From positions 187,426,001-187,490,000 of the forward strand of contig OZ024743.1 in assembly GCA_964016885.1 (NCBI GenBank): 64,000 nt of DNA, written 5' to 3'. The stretch is from Eledone cirrhosa. Taxonomy: Eukaryota. This document shows, piece by piece, positions 53,814 through 64,000 of the stretch. The position numbers were made by a program, and so were the translations under genes. The notes beneath the pieces are model-generated. The model was not told where the DNA came from. It worked only from the letters and a program-made list of their open reading frames with translations, and did not search any database. The number at the start of each line of letters is the position of its first letter. Positions within the stretch are counted from its first letter, which is position 1.

Positions 53814-56281
53814 TCATCCTCATCGTCATCGTTTAACGTCCATGTTCCACGCTTGCATGGGTTTGGACGGGAGTTTTCCCACTTGAGGCAAGAGTGGTTG
53901 TCTTGCTCGCATAGGACTGTCTGGCGGGTTTTCTACAGCAGGATACCCTTCCTAACACCAACCACATTTACAGTGTGGGGCTGGGAGGTTTTTACCGTGT
54001 TGCCTACACGGCCACATTACAGCGTGGTTGTGTGTGTTTTTTTTGTTGTGACACCTACACGATCTCATTTGTTTTGGCCTGGATGTTGTGGCACCAACAT
54101 AACTTTACATTGAAAGGGGCGGTGTGGATGGGGTGGGGGTGGTGGGATGGGGGGTGTTTTGTTAGAGATGCCTACTGACTGTAGTAGGTTTTACTTTGTA
54201 TTTCAGGTCAGGCGGGTCTTCTCTGTTACTGAGTACCGCCAAAGATCTCGGTCCAGTGACATTGTCTTGGAGAGGTGTAAGTGTGTGAGGTCGGAATTTA
54301 TCAGGTCGTCCCAGGTTTTTCTGGGTCTGCCTACTCCGTGGCTACCGTCTATCTTTATTGCCCTGCACTTTTTTATACAGCTGTCATCTTTCATGCGCAT
54401 CACGCGACCATACCAAGGTAGCCTTCTCTCGACTAAACAACATCTGATCCCTCTTATTCCTAATTTTTCCCTTAGTTCGCGTATATTACTATTACACATC
54501 CAGCGGAGCATGCAAGCTTCATTCCTCTCTAGTCTGCGTAGATCCTCTGCACACAATGCCCAGGTCTCACTGCCATGCAACATTGCGATTCGTATGCAGG
54601 CATCATACAGCCTGCCTTTCATTTTTAGGGAGAACCCTTTAGCGGCTAATAGTGGTATAAGCTCTCTGAACTTTTTCCATCCAGTTCTGACTCTAGCTAC
54701 TGTACTTTCAGAGCACCCACCCCCACTGCTGATTTTTTCACCCAGGTAACGGAAGCTGTCCACTATTTCTATAGAACCCTCTGCGCGATTGAAAGAGCTA
54801 GTATTTATGGGCACTTGCTGCTACTTATTGCACCAGAGCACCGGCCACATGTAAAATCTATGTTCTTAGTTAGCTTACCTGTGATCCCACTACATCTTTT
54901 ATGTACCCATACTTTGCATTTGGGACATAAAATGGAGTTTTTGCCTATTCCTTTCCTACACACTGAGCATGGCCATTTCCCATATGGGACCAGTGCCCTA
55001 TTTTCCTTCCTACATATGAGAACTTTAGTTTAGACAAGTTAATTTTAAGGCCTTTTGATTCTAGGCCATGCTTCCATGTTTGGAATTTCATCTCTACTTC
55101 AGCCATTGATTCGGCTATGAGCGTTAGATCATCTGCGTATAGAAGTTCCCATGGGCAGCCGGTCTTGAAGTCCTCTGTTATAGCCTGAAGGGCGATAATC
55201 AATAGGATGGGGTTAAGGACGGAGCCCTGATGAACACCAACTTTTACACTAAACTCTTCACTATATTCGTTGTTAATTCTAACCTAGCTGACTGTTTTTT
55301 ATACATGGTGTGTATGGTTCTCACAAACCATTCATCAACACCTAGTTTTCTGAGAGCCCACCAGATAATGGCGTGTGCGACTCTGTCAAAGGCTTTCTCC
55401 AAGTCAACGAAAGCTAAGTATAGGGGTTTACTTTTAGCTAGGTACTTCTCCTGTAGTTGTCGTATAATGAAAAGAGTGTCTGTGGTACTTTTACCTGACA
55501 CAAACCAAAACTGCATTTCATCTAGATCAATTCGCTCTATGATTAGTGATATGGTCAATGAATTTAATGCCTCTATAGTTTGCCCTATCTAGGGCATCTC
55601 CTTTACCCTTGTAGCAGCTAATGATGGTGCTGCTACGCCAGTCCTTTGGTATGACCCCATTCTGTAATACTTGGTTTACTATCCGGGTGACCATAGTGTG
55701 TCCCACTGTTCCAGATGCCTTCAGCATTTCAGCAACTATTTCCGAAGGCCCAGCCACCTTGCCCATCTTCATATCTTTGATTGCCTTACTTATTATACTA
55801 CCTTCAACTTGCACTGCTGGTCCCTCTATTAGATCGATGTGGGGGAGACTGTCTTTCTCCCATTTATTCTCCTCATTTAGTAGCCTTTCGTAGTTACACT
55901 TCCAAGCTACGTTCTTATCAGCGTCAGTGATGGCAAGTACACCATCATCATTACGGTCATACTTCTCCCCGACAATATCTTGGTTTTCCTTGACACATTG
56001 CCTAGCAATCCTGAACACCTCACGTTTTTTGTCCTCACCTTGTAGAACATGCTTGAACTTTCTTTCCTCTGCTTCCCTTCTTGCGAAGTACACTTGTCTC
56101 CTAGCTTCCCTCCTGGCCACTTGATAGACTTCTCTACTTCCCCCATCCCGCCATACTTTCCAAGCCTGCTTTTTGGCCTTGATCAACTCCTCCACCTTAC
56201 TGTTCCACCACCAAGTTACTCTCCTCCTGCCTATAGGTCTGCTCCAGCCACAGATTTCATATGTCGCCTTCAGCAGGTTAG
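53814..56281 (-). mobile_element. RTE LINE copy, 5'-truncated and frameshifted
   Basis: ORF pieces at 55527-56195, 55244-55558, 54945-55202 and 54203-54814 match the 1045-aa protein; 3' UTR and (GAT)-like tail present. Confidence 0.95.
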
Positions 56282-56741
56282 CTGGTTATATATATATATA
56301 TACATATTCATTTTTAAATATATATATATATATATATTTATTTTTAAACATATATATATATATATATACATTTATACATACATACATTCATACCTACATA
56401 CATATTGAGCCAGTCACCACAAATGTCATCATCAAATACCAAAAGAGAGGGGACTCTAAAGTTTTGTTTGTACAGGAATCTTACATTGAGAATGACTACC
56501 TCCCATTGTGTAAGAAATCAAAGCTTTTTCTCCCCAACTCTGTTCAACATCTCATACATTGGCCACAAACAGATCCACGATACCATCCATTATCACATAA
56601 CAGTCATTGTACAAATCATATGTTAAAAATAGAATTCACAATAAATGCTTCTTCTGTCCACATCTGCCTACCTAGCTTTGACTGATTTTTTTCCTGGTAC
56701 CCCTACTCCCCACACACATATATATACATATATATATACAC

Positions 56742-56775
<34 letters not shown>

Positions 56776-56789
56776 GTATATATATAGAC

Positions 56790-57168
56790 AATGACACACG
56801 ACCGTAACTTCTGGCGTCACGCAGTAATACAGAGTACCCGACCTCCCATGGGTACAAGCTGAAGCAAATAGACAATATGCCCCCACACCCCACCGGAAGG
56901 TGGTCGTGGAGGTGCCACGGCAAAAAAGCACCCAGCCCACACTGTAAAGTGGATGTGTAGACGCCACGAGAAAGCACCCAGCACTCACTGTAAATGAGGT
57001 TGGTGTTAGGAAGGGCATCCAGCTGTAGAAATCAAGCCAGATCAGTTCCTGTATGAGCAAGGCATGGTCAGCCGACCAGACACTGTCCACAACAGGACAA
57101 CCCGTATAACCCACGCTAGCGTGGAAGAACGGACGTAAAACGGTGATGATGATGATGATGATGATGAT
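56790..57168 (+). mobile_element. RTE-type 3' UTR or RTE-tailed SINE fragment
   Basis: GGTTGGTGTTAGGAAGGGCATCCAGCTGTAGAAA...(GAT)n. Confidence 0.75.
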
Positions 57169-57429
57169 ATATATATATGTATATATAATTAGTTACAATA
57201 GTGATCTATGCATGTACTTCAAGGGTTCTTAAAGGGCAGGTAATTTCAAATTTAGCGATAAATAATCAAAACCTTTAGATAGTGTAAAGGGATGTAACTA
57301 TAATAAACCCCACAAAGATAGGAAATTGTGTAAAGTTAGTAATTCAAGAAAATTAAATTCCTTAAAATTAAAATTAGTTAGTCTGATCTATTCCATTTTC
57401 TTAGAATGAAAGACGTTTTGTGTGAACAA

Positions 57430-57613
57430 TGACTAAAGCAGTCAAGATAGGTATTTAAGCAGTATTTCTCTGAAGCCAGTTGTGGGAATATATTCCAGAG
57501 AAACACTGCTTAAATACCTGCCTTCACTGCTTGAGTCAAGTATAAAAACCAGTAACACTTATACTATAAGTGAATTAGAATGCTTACTATAAGTTATAGT
57601 AAGCATTCTAATC
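57430..57613. repeat. Two small hairpins/palindromes
   Basis: TGACT..AGGTATTTAAGCAGT..TCTCTG / CAGAGA..ACTGCTTAAATACCT..AGTCA; ATTAGAATGCTTACTATAAGTTATAGTAAGCATTCTAAT. Confidence 0.8.
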
Positions 57614-57793
57614 TGCACTGATGGAGCTAGTCTGTGTATTACTCTTTTACTCTTTTACCTGTTTCAGCCATCCGGCTGAGGCTATGCAGGGGCACCACCC
57701 TTGTATGTATAATTTTATGCAGACATTTAAACAATATATGTTCAGTTCCAGAGAAAGTATATATACATTGTTTGTCTATTTTAATGTATATAC

Positions 57794-57990
57794 CAGTGTT
57801 TCTCAAACTTTTAGCCTTTGTGGGAAAATTGAAATAGTTTTCCTGTCTCAAGGAACCTCTGCATAAGAATTATCATGCACAATTATTACTATCCATATGC
57901 ATTAACTTCTTTATCATTGTTTCTCACAGAACCCATAGCAATCTCTTTCAGAACCCTATGGTTCTGGGGAACATCGGTTGAGAAACACTG
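57794..57990. mobile_element. hAT (Charlie-like) MITE
   Basis: TIR CAGTGTTTCTCAA / TTGAGAAACACTG; 8-bp TSD GTATATAC / GTATATAA. Confidence 0.85.
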
Positions 57991-58765
57991 GTATATAAAT
58001 TCATTTTATATAGTCAAATATTACCTCTTGCTTCAAGGAATATTTTCGTTTTATCTATGAAATATTTTTATATATCACAAACATTGTTATAGGTCACTTC
58101 TGAATTCAATTGTTTAATGTTCTAGTACGTATGTTTAACACAAACATTGATGGTTTCTGGGTACTTTTCAAAATTCGACTGGACTCAAAGTTACGTTTAT
58201 AAATGTGCAGGGAAACCAGTAATGTTTCCATATGGGTTACTCTATCATTTGCTAGTAAAGGCAAGTATATGCATAACTTTGTATCCACATTGCTGCTAGA
58301 ATATGTTCATGAAAAGCTTATATATAAGATGTGTCTTTATTTTTCATGTATACATACCTTGATTTTTCTCACTCCATCTATTCATTTATATGAGTGTGTG
58401 AATATGTGCATGTTGAACATGTATGTATCGCTCTATATACCTATGTATTTGGACTCATGTAAATATGTATATATCTGGGAGTGTATTTCATCACCAGAAT
58501 TAGTGGACAGTCTCTTGTGACTGAATAAGTTTCCTTGCCTAGTGATGGTTGTCTAGGCTTGTTGTTTCATTGTTGAATGTTTAGTGGTTCACAAATTATA
58601 AAGACAGGAACAAATGTCAAAATAAATTCAAGAAGATGAATGGAAATAAATGTGTGAAGCTAAGCTCTTGGGTAATATATACCATTGCTTTCTCAAAGAT
58701 CAAAGAAAGCAGAATAGCAAGTCAAAATTACATTTTGTAATTATATATTATTCATTTATTTATTT

Positions 58766-59057
58766 GGGAAGGTGTATAGCTTAGTGGTTAGGGTGTTTGG
58801 TCATTGAAAGATTGAGAGTTTGATTCCTATCAGAACATTGTATCCATGAGTAAGATGATTCATTTCACATTACTCTTGCCAATTTAGCTGGCAAAACTGA
58901 ATTGTACCTGCAATTCAAAGGGTTAGCATTGTTACACACTGTCTCATGCTGAATCTCCCTGAGAACTACATTAAGTGTGTATGTGGAATGCTCAGCCACT
59001 TGTTTGTTAATTTATGAACAAGCTTTTCCATTGTTCGAACAACTGGAATACTCATTA
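58766..59057 (+). mobile_element. Old tRNA-derived SINE
   Basis: TAGCTTAGTGGTTAG A-box, GAGTTTGATTCC B-box; body shared with 9863-10000 and 45260-45420. Confidence 0.65.
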
Positions 59058-59169
59058 ACAGAACCAACAACACATTTATATATTTTATTTTATAATGAAT
59101 TTTATGAACACTAATATCCATGTTTACAGGTTTTCTTGTGCCATCAAGTAGTACAATATATCTCTGGTA

Positions 59170-59635
59170 TTGAGTATAACAAGGGAGTGTGAGTGTGACA
59201 AGGGAGTGTGAGTGTGCCATGGGAAAGTGTGTGTAACAGGGACATGTGAGTGTAGCAAGGGAGTGTAAGTATAACCGAGGAGTGAAAATGTAACAGGGGA
59301 GTATGAGTGTAACAGGAGAGTGTAACAAGGGAGTGTAAATGTAACACGGGAGTGTGTGTGTAAGATGGGCATGTGAATGTAACAGGGGAGTGTGTCAAAG
59401 GGGAGTATGAGTGTAACAAGGGAGGGGAGTGTGATAGGGGAGTGTGAATGTAACAAGGAAGGGAAGTGTAAGTGCAAAAAGAAAGTTTGTGTGTAACAGG
59501 GCAGTCTGAGTTAAACAGGGGTGTTTGATTGTAACAAAGATGTCTGAGTGTAACAAGGAAATTTGAGTGTAACAAAGAGGCGAGAATGTAACAGGGGGAG
59601 AGAGTGTAACAGGAGGCAAGAATGTAACATGGGAA
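59170..59635 (+). repeat. Degenerate minisatellite (GTGTAACAAGGGAGT-like unit)
   Basis: Recurrent TGTAACA(A/G)GG roughly every 15-25 bp. Confidence 0.85.
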
Positions 59636-59893
59636 TGTCTAACCAAATGGAAAAAAACTTTATTCATAAAACAATGGGGGGTTTTCCATCTACACAAATA
59701 TAAACCAGGGTAAGATATTCTATACAGTGCAATGGGTGCATTTCATCCCTAGTGCAATGTATAGATTGCAAGAATGTATATAAGTGAGAAGTTGACTCCC
59801 AATCCATCTGGGAGGTCAATAGCTCTGATTAAGTACAAACTTTATCTACGGTAAGCCATCCAACTTTTTCTAGCAGGGAAAAATGGATGTGTT

Positions 59894-60085
59894 AAATAAT
59901 TGTTTCTACTTTTGGCACAAGGCCAGCAATTACCCAGTGCATTACTTGTACTTTATTTTATCGACCCCGTAAGGATGAAAGGCAAAGTTAACCTCAGCGG
60001 GATTTGAACTCAGAATGGCAAGGGCCGTAACTCTATGCGTCAAAGCATGGCGTCCGACCCTCTACCGATACTGCCAATCCACCGC
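59894..60085 (-). mobile_element. SINE S1 with 17-bp TSD
   Basis: TSD GGATGTGTTAAATAATT. Confidence 0.92.
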
Positions 60086-60529
60086 GGATGTGTTAAATAA
60101 TTATGATTACACATACATATAAATACAGATACACACACATATATAAATATATTATATTCAGCTTTTGCTTGACAGCTGAGCTATTGCCTTTTTACAGCAT
60201 TACTCATTCGCTGTCAAAAATGCAAGAGCTCAGGATAAAGCAGAAAATCATTATATTACCACCACTCTACTTCCTTAAGTACCCAGTACAAAGCTGAACA
60301 ATGGTAATACTAGTCTAAACTAATAGTTCCACATCTAACTCTCTCTGTCTGTCTCTATCTCCTTATATATATATATTTTCATTGTTTTTACATTTACTTT
60401 TCCATTCTTGCATATCATCAGGATCATCATCATCATTTAACGTTAAAGGATGATGATGATAATGATATGCAAGCATGGAAAAATAAATGTGTAAAAATTA
60501 TGATGATGAGGATGATAATATATATATAT

Positions 60530-61020
60530 ATATTATAAAATAACAGCAGGCTGGACTGGTGTAATTCCTTAAAGGTTTATTATACTATGAACATTTCAAT
60601 GACCGGGTTCAGTATGAATCTGGTGACATCATCAGGTATTCCGAAATTTAACAAAGGAATATAGACACAATCCAAGGGGCTGAAAAGCAGAGAGATGCCC
60701 AAGATGAGAAGGCAGCCAAAAAATTAGCAGTTGCCAGTCTGGGGGGCTGCCTTTGTTAAATTTTGGAATACCTGATGATGTCACCGGATTCATACTGAAC
60801 CCGTTCATTGAAATGTTCATAGTATAATAAACGTTTAAGGAATTATACCAGTCCAGCCTCCTGTTATTTTATAATAATTAACTCCGTACTTGCACCACCA
60901 ACAACACAAACGAAGACAGGTGAGTTGCATTATGTCGAGTGCTCTCCCTAATATTACATCAAGGTTGACTATACGGAATGACCAGTTCTATCCAGTGGTG
61001 AACCAACAAACCTAAATGTA
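60530..61020 (+). mobile_element. Fold-back element with two head-to-head hammerhead-like motifs (family F)
   Basis: Arms ~60530-60657 and ~60750-60877; AUAC-CUGAUGA...GAAAU-GUUC-AUA^GUAU at 60768-60825 (+) and 60582-60639 (-); base of stem II is weak. Confidence 0.7.
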
Positions 61021-61450
61021 TATATAAATATATATATATAAGAAAGTGTTGAAGATTGCTTGGAGCGTTGTGGAATAATAAAAATAGTTGTTTTGGAAAC
61101 CTTAACAATGCAGATGGGTAAATCTCCGGGTAACAGAATCAGGTGGTAATGAGTGAGAGATGTAAGAGGAAACGTAGAAAGACACATAGTGAGCATAAAA
61201 GAGTATAGGAAAAGTGTAAAAAATAATAACACGAGATAGAGTTACCTTGGAAGCGATTTAATAGTCCGTATATTTCGGATTTTGCATCTATCAACTGGGG
61301 ATTTTCCAAGGGGAAAAAGGTTGTGTCGGAGAGGACAACACATGGCCTCCACTGTTTACCATATGCACACATACAGACACACTCGTACACATATGCACAA
61401 TCATGCTTTCATTCATAAATATATACATGCATGTCTTGCTCTTACAAAAC

Positions 61451-61516
<66 letters not shown>

Positions 61517-61967
61517 ATAGTCAATTTCCAGCTAGTAAATTCAAATCACAAGATATTGGTTAACTCAAGGCTATGGTATGGTAGAAACCACTTACCTAAA
61601 ATACTTAGCAATGGTATTGAACATGAAACAATGGAGTAAGAAATTGAAATTCTTAACCACACAGCTATTTTACAGTAGTTCTTTCTTTTTTGTTTCAGCA
61701 ATAAACAGCTAAACCCACAAGAAGTATGTAAATGCTGGAAGACAGATTGAGGCAGTCAGAGTGATAAATTTCATAGCCATGGACACATTACAGCATTAGT
61801 GACAGTGTATTACCCTTTCAACCTTTGTCCTGAATTCCACTGCTCTAACCTTTCAGTTAGCTGAAACCTTCTCTATGTCATCCTCTTCATTCTGATTATA
61901 GAAACATACATCTGTTTTAATCTGATTTCTCTTCACTGTTTATTCTTGCATATTCACTCTTTTCAGA

Positions 61968-63014
61968 TATCATCATCATCATCATCATCATCAGGTTTAG
62001 CGTCCGTGTTCCACGCTTGCATGGGTTTGGACGGGGGTTTTCCCACTTGAGGCAAGAGTGGTTGTCTTGCTCGCATAGGACTGTCTGGCGGGTTTTCTAC
62101 AGTTGGATGCCCTTCCTAACACCAACCACATTTACAGTGTGGGGCTGGGAGGTTTTTACCGTGTTGCCTACACGGCCACATTACAGCGTGGACTGTCTGG
62201 CGGGTTTTCTACAGCTGGATGCCCTTCCTAACACCAACCACATTTACAGTGTGGGGCTGGGAGGTTTTTACCGTGTTGCCTACACGGCCACATTTACAGC
62301 GTGGACTGTGTGTTTTTTGTCGTGACACCTACACGATCTCATTTGTTTCGGCCTGGATGTTGTGGGACCAACATAACTTTACATTGAAAGGGGCGGTGTG
62401 GAGGGACGGGGGTGTGTTTTGATAGAGGTGCCTACTGACTGTAGTAGGTTTTTACTTTGTATTTAGGTAAGGCGGGTCTTCTCTATTACTGAGTACCGCC
62501 AAAGGTCTCGGTCCAGTGACATTGTCTTGGAGAGGTGTAAGCGTGTGAGGTCGGAATTTATCAGCTCGTCCCATGTTTTTCTGGGTCTGCCTACTCCGTG
62601 GCTACCGTCTATCTTTATTGCCCTGCACTTTGTTATACAGCTGTCGTCTTTCATGCGCATCACGTGACCGTACCAACGTAGCCTTCTCTCGAGTAAACAA
62701 CATCTGATCCCTCTTATTTCTAATTTTTTCCTTAGTTCGTTTATGCTTTGCCGTTCACGTATATTACTATTGCACATCCAGCGGAGCATGCAAGCTTCGT
62801 TCCTCTCTAGTCTGCGTATATCCTCTGCACACAATGCCCAGGTCTCACTGCCATGCAGCATTGCTGTTCGTATGCAGGCATCATATAACCTGCCTTTCAT
62901 TTTTAGGGAGAACCCTCTAGCGGCTAATAGTGGTATAAGCTCTCTGAACTTTTTCCATCCAGTTCTGACTCTAGCTACTGTACTTTCAGAGCACCCTCCC
63001 CCACTGCTGATTTT
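61968..63014 (-). mobile_element. RTE LINE copy, 5'-truncated, with ~110-bp tandem duplication in the 3' UTR
   Basis: ORF 62463-62900 nearly identical to the C-terminus of the 1045-aa protein; GGACTGTCTGGCGGGTTTTCTACAG at ~62078 and ~62190. Confidence 0.95.
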
Positions 63015-64000
63015 GTCATTTATATTTATTTTATTTCATTTCACATGAAAACTTAATATATTCCCAGTTAGGGACATTAACCTTGTGTGCACACATGCCC
63101 ACATTCACACACACTCATACACATATGCACAATCATGCTTACATACATAAATATATACATGCATGTCTTGCTCTTACAAAACCAAATATAGACATGTATT
63201 CACATGAGTGCTTACATTTACACAATACCAAGCTTATAAATATATACAACAATATGTATGTCTACTTGATTGAAACGTTAACCAATTTAATTAATAGCAT
63301 TAATTTAATTATGTGAGAGAATTTCCTATTAATTTGTTGTTGGTTGCTTAAACTGGTGATGTACAACATGGTCAAGGTGGACCACTAGCAGTCCATACCA
63401 AAGTTTAGTGGTCCACAGTGAGATTTATGTTCAACTGTGTTGCATATTATAATTAAAAGCAAATTTCTATTTGGTGATTGATGAAGTTTTTCATGTGAAT
63501 TTTGTGGACCACCTTCTAGAAAACAATAATTCAAACAAGAATTGTAGTGGATTTGATTGTTATTTCTAGCTTATTGTGTGACCACAATGAGGTTCCTTTA
63601 TTGACTAAATTTCTAAATGTTAGTCAATGAAAAAAGGGTAGACCTTTGCAAGACTTACCAATCTGGTGAGACTGATGCAGTTGTACAGTTTTGACATGTG
63701 TATGTCCAATGTCTGCAATGAATCATGGCCAGGTAAATAATTCCAGTATTCTCAGGATTTGACATGGTCAGTTTTGTTCTAGGTGTTTACAGTGAAATGT
63801 GGATAGTTCAGACTCAACAAAGAAGGTGAGAAGAAAGAAACGAGTGCTTTATTTGAGTGGAGGTGGAATGTAACATGCTTGTTCAAAAGAACTGTGGCTG
63901 TTATAGTAATTGTAATAGAGAATGAGAGAAGAAACATGTCTGTAAGCTCAGAAAATCCTTGTTAATCAGTTAGATGACTTCTTGTAAATACAGTCTAGAT

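Noticed and set aside
61685-63830. Possible small exons (acceptor at ~61698; minus-strand donor at ~63659; plus-strand 63783-63825)
   Set aside because: Only splice-like motifs, with no recognisable protein or consistent gene model

Overview
This is AT-rich, microsatellite-dense animal DNA, intergenic or intronic. The repeat complement suggests an octopus or other cephalopod, which is inference only. No host gene can be supported, and nearly all short ORFs in the track are microsatellite or antisense artefacts. Identifiable content: (1) a near-complete RTE LINE at 5.4-8.9 kb with an uninterrupted APE-endonuclease + reverse-transcriptase ORF and a PHD-type zinc finger inside the RT, plus truncated copies; (2) Tx1/L1-like and CR1-like LINE fragments; (3) a Penelope-like GIY-YIG fragment; (4) about 11 copies of a young tRNA-derived SINE, several with 12-17 bp TSDs; (5) mariner/Tc1, piggyBac, hAT and 6-bp-TSD MITEs, and a non-autonomous Helitron; (6) a perfect (CGAAA)121 array and a 497-bp tandem repeat. 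The most striking signal is a set of short non-coding fold-back elements embedded in (TA)n. They belong to several sequence families, and each carries two head-to-head minimal type I hammerhead ribozymes (about 11 motifs in total), followed by AATAAA and a shared ACTC...TTGAGTGC tail motif. They are probably non-autonomous Penelope pseudo-LTR derivatives.
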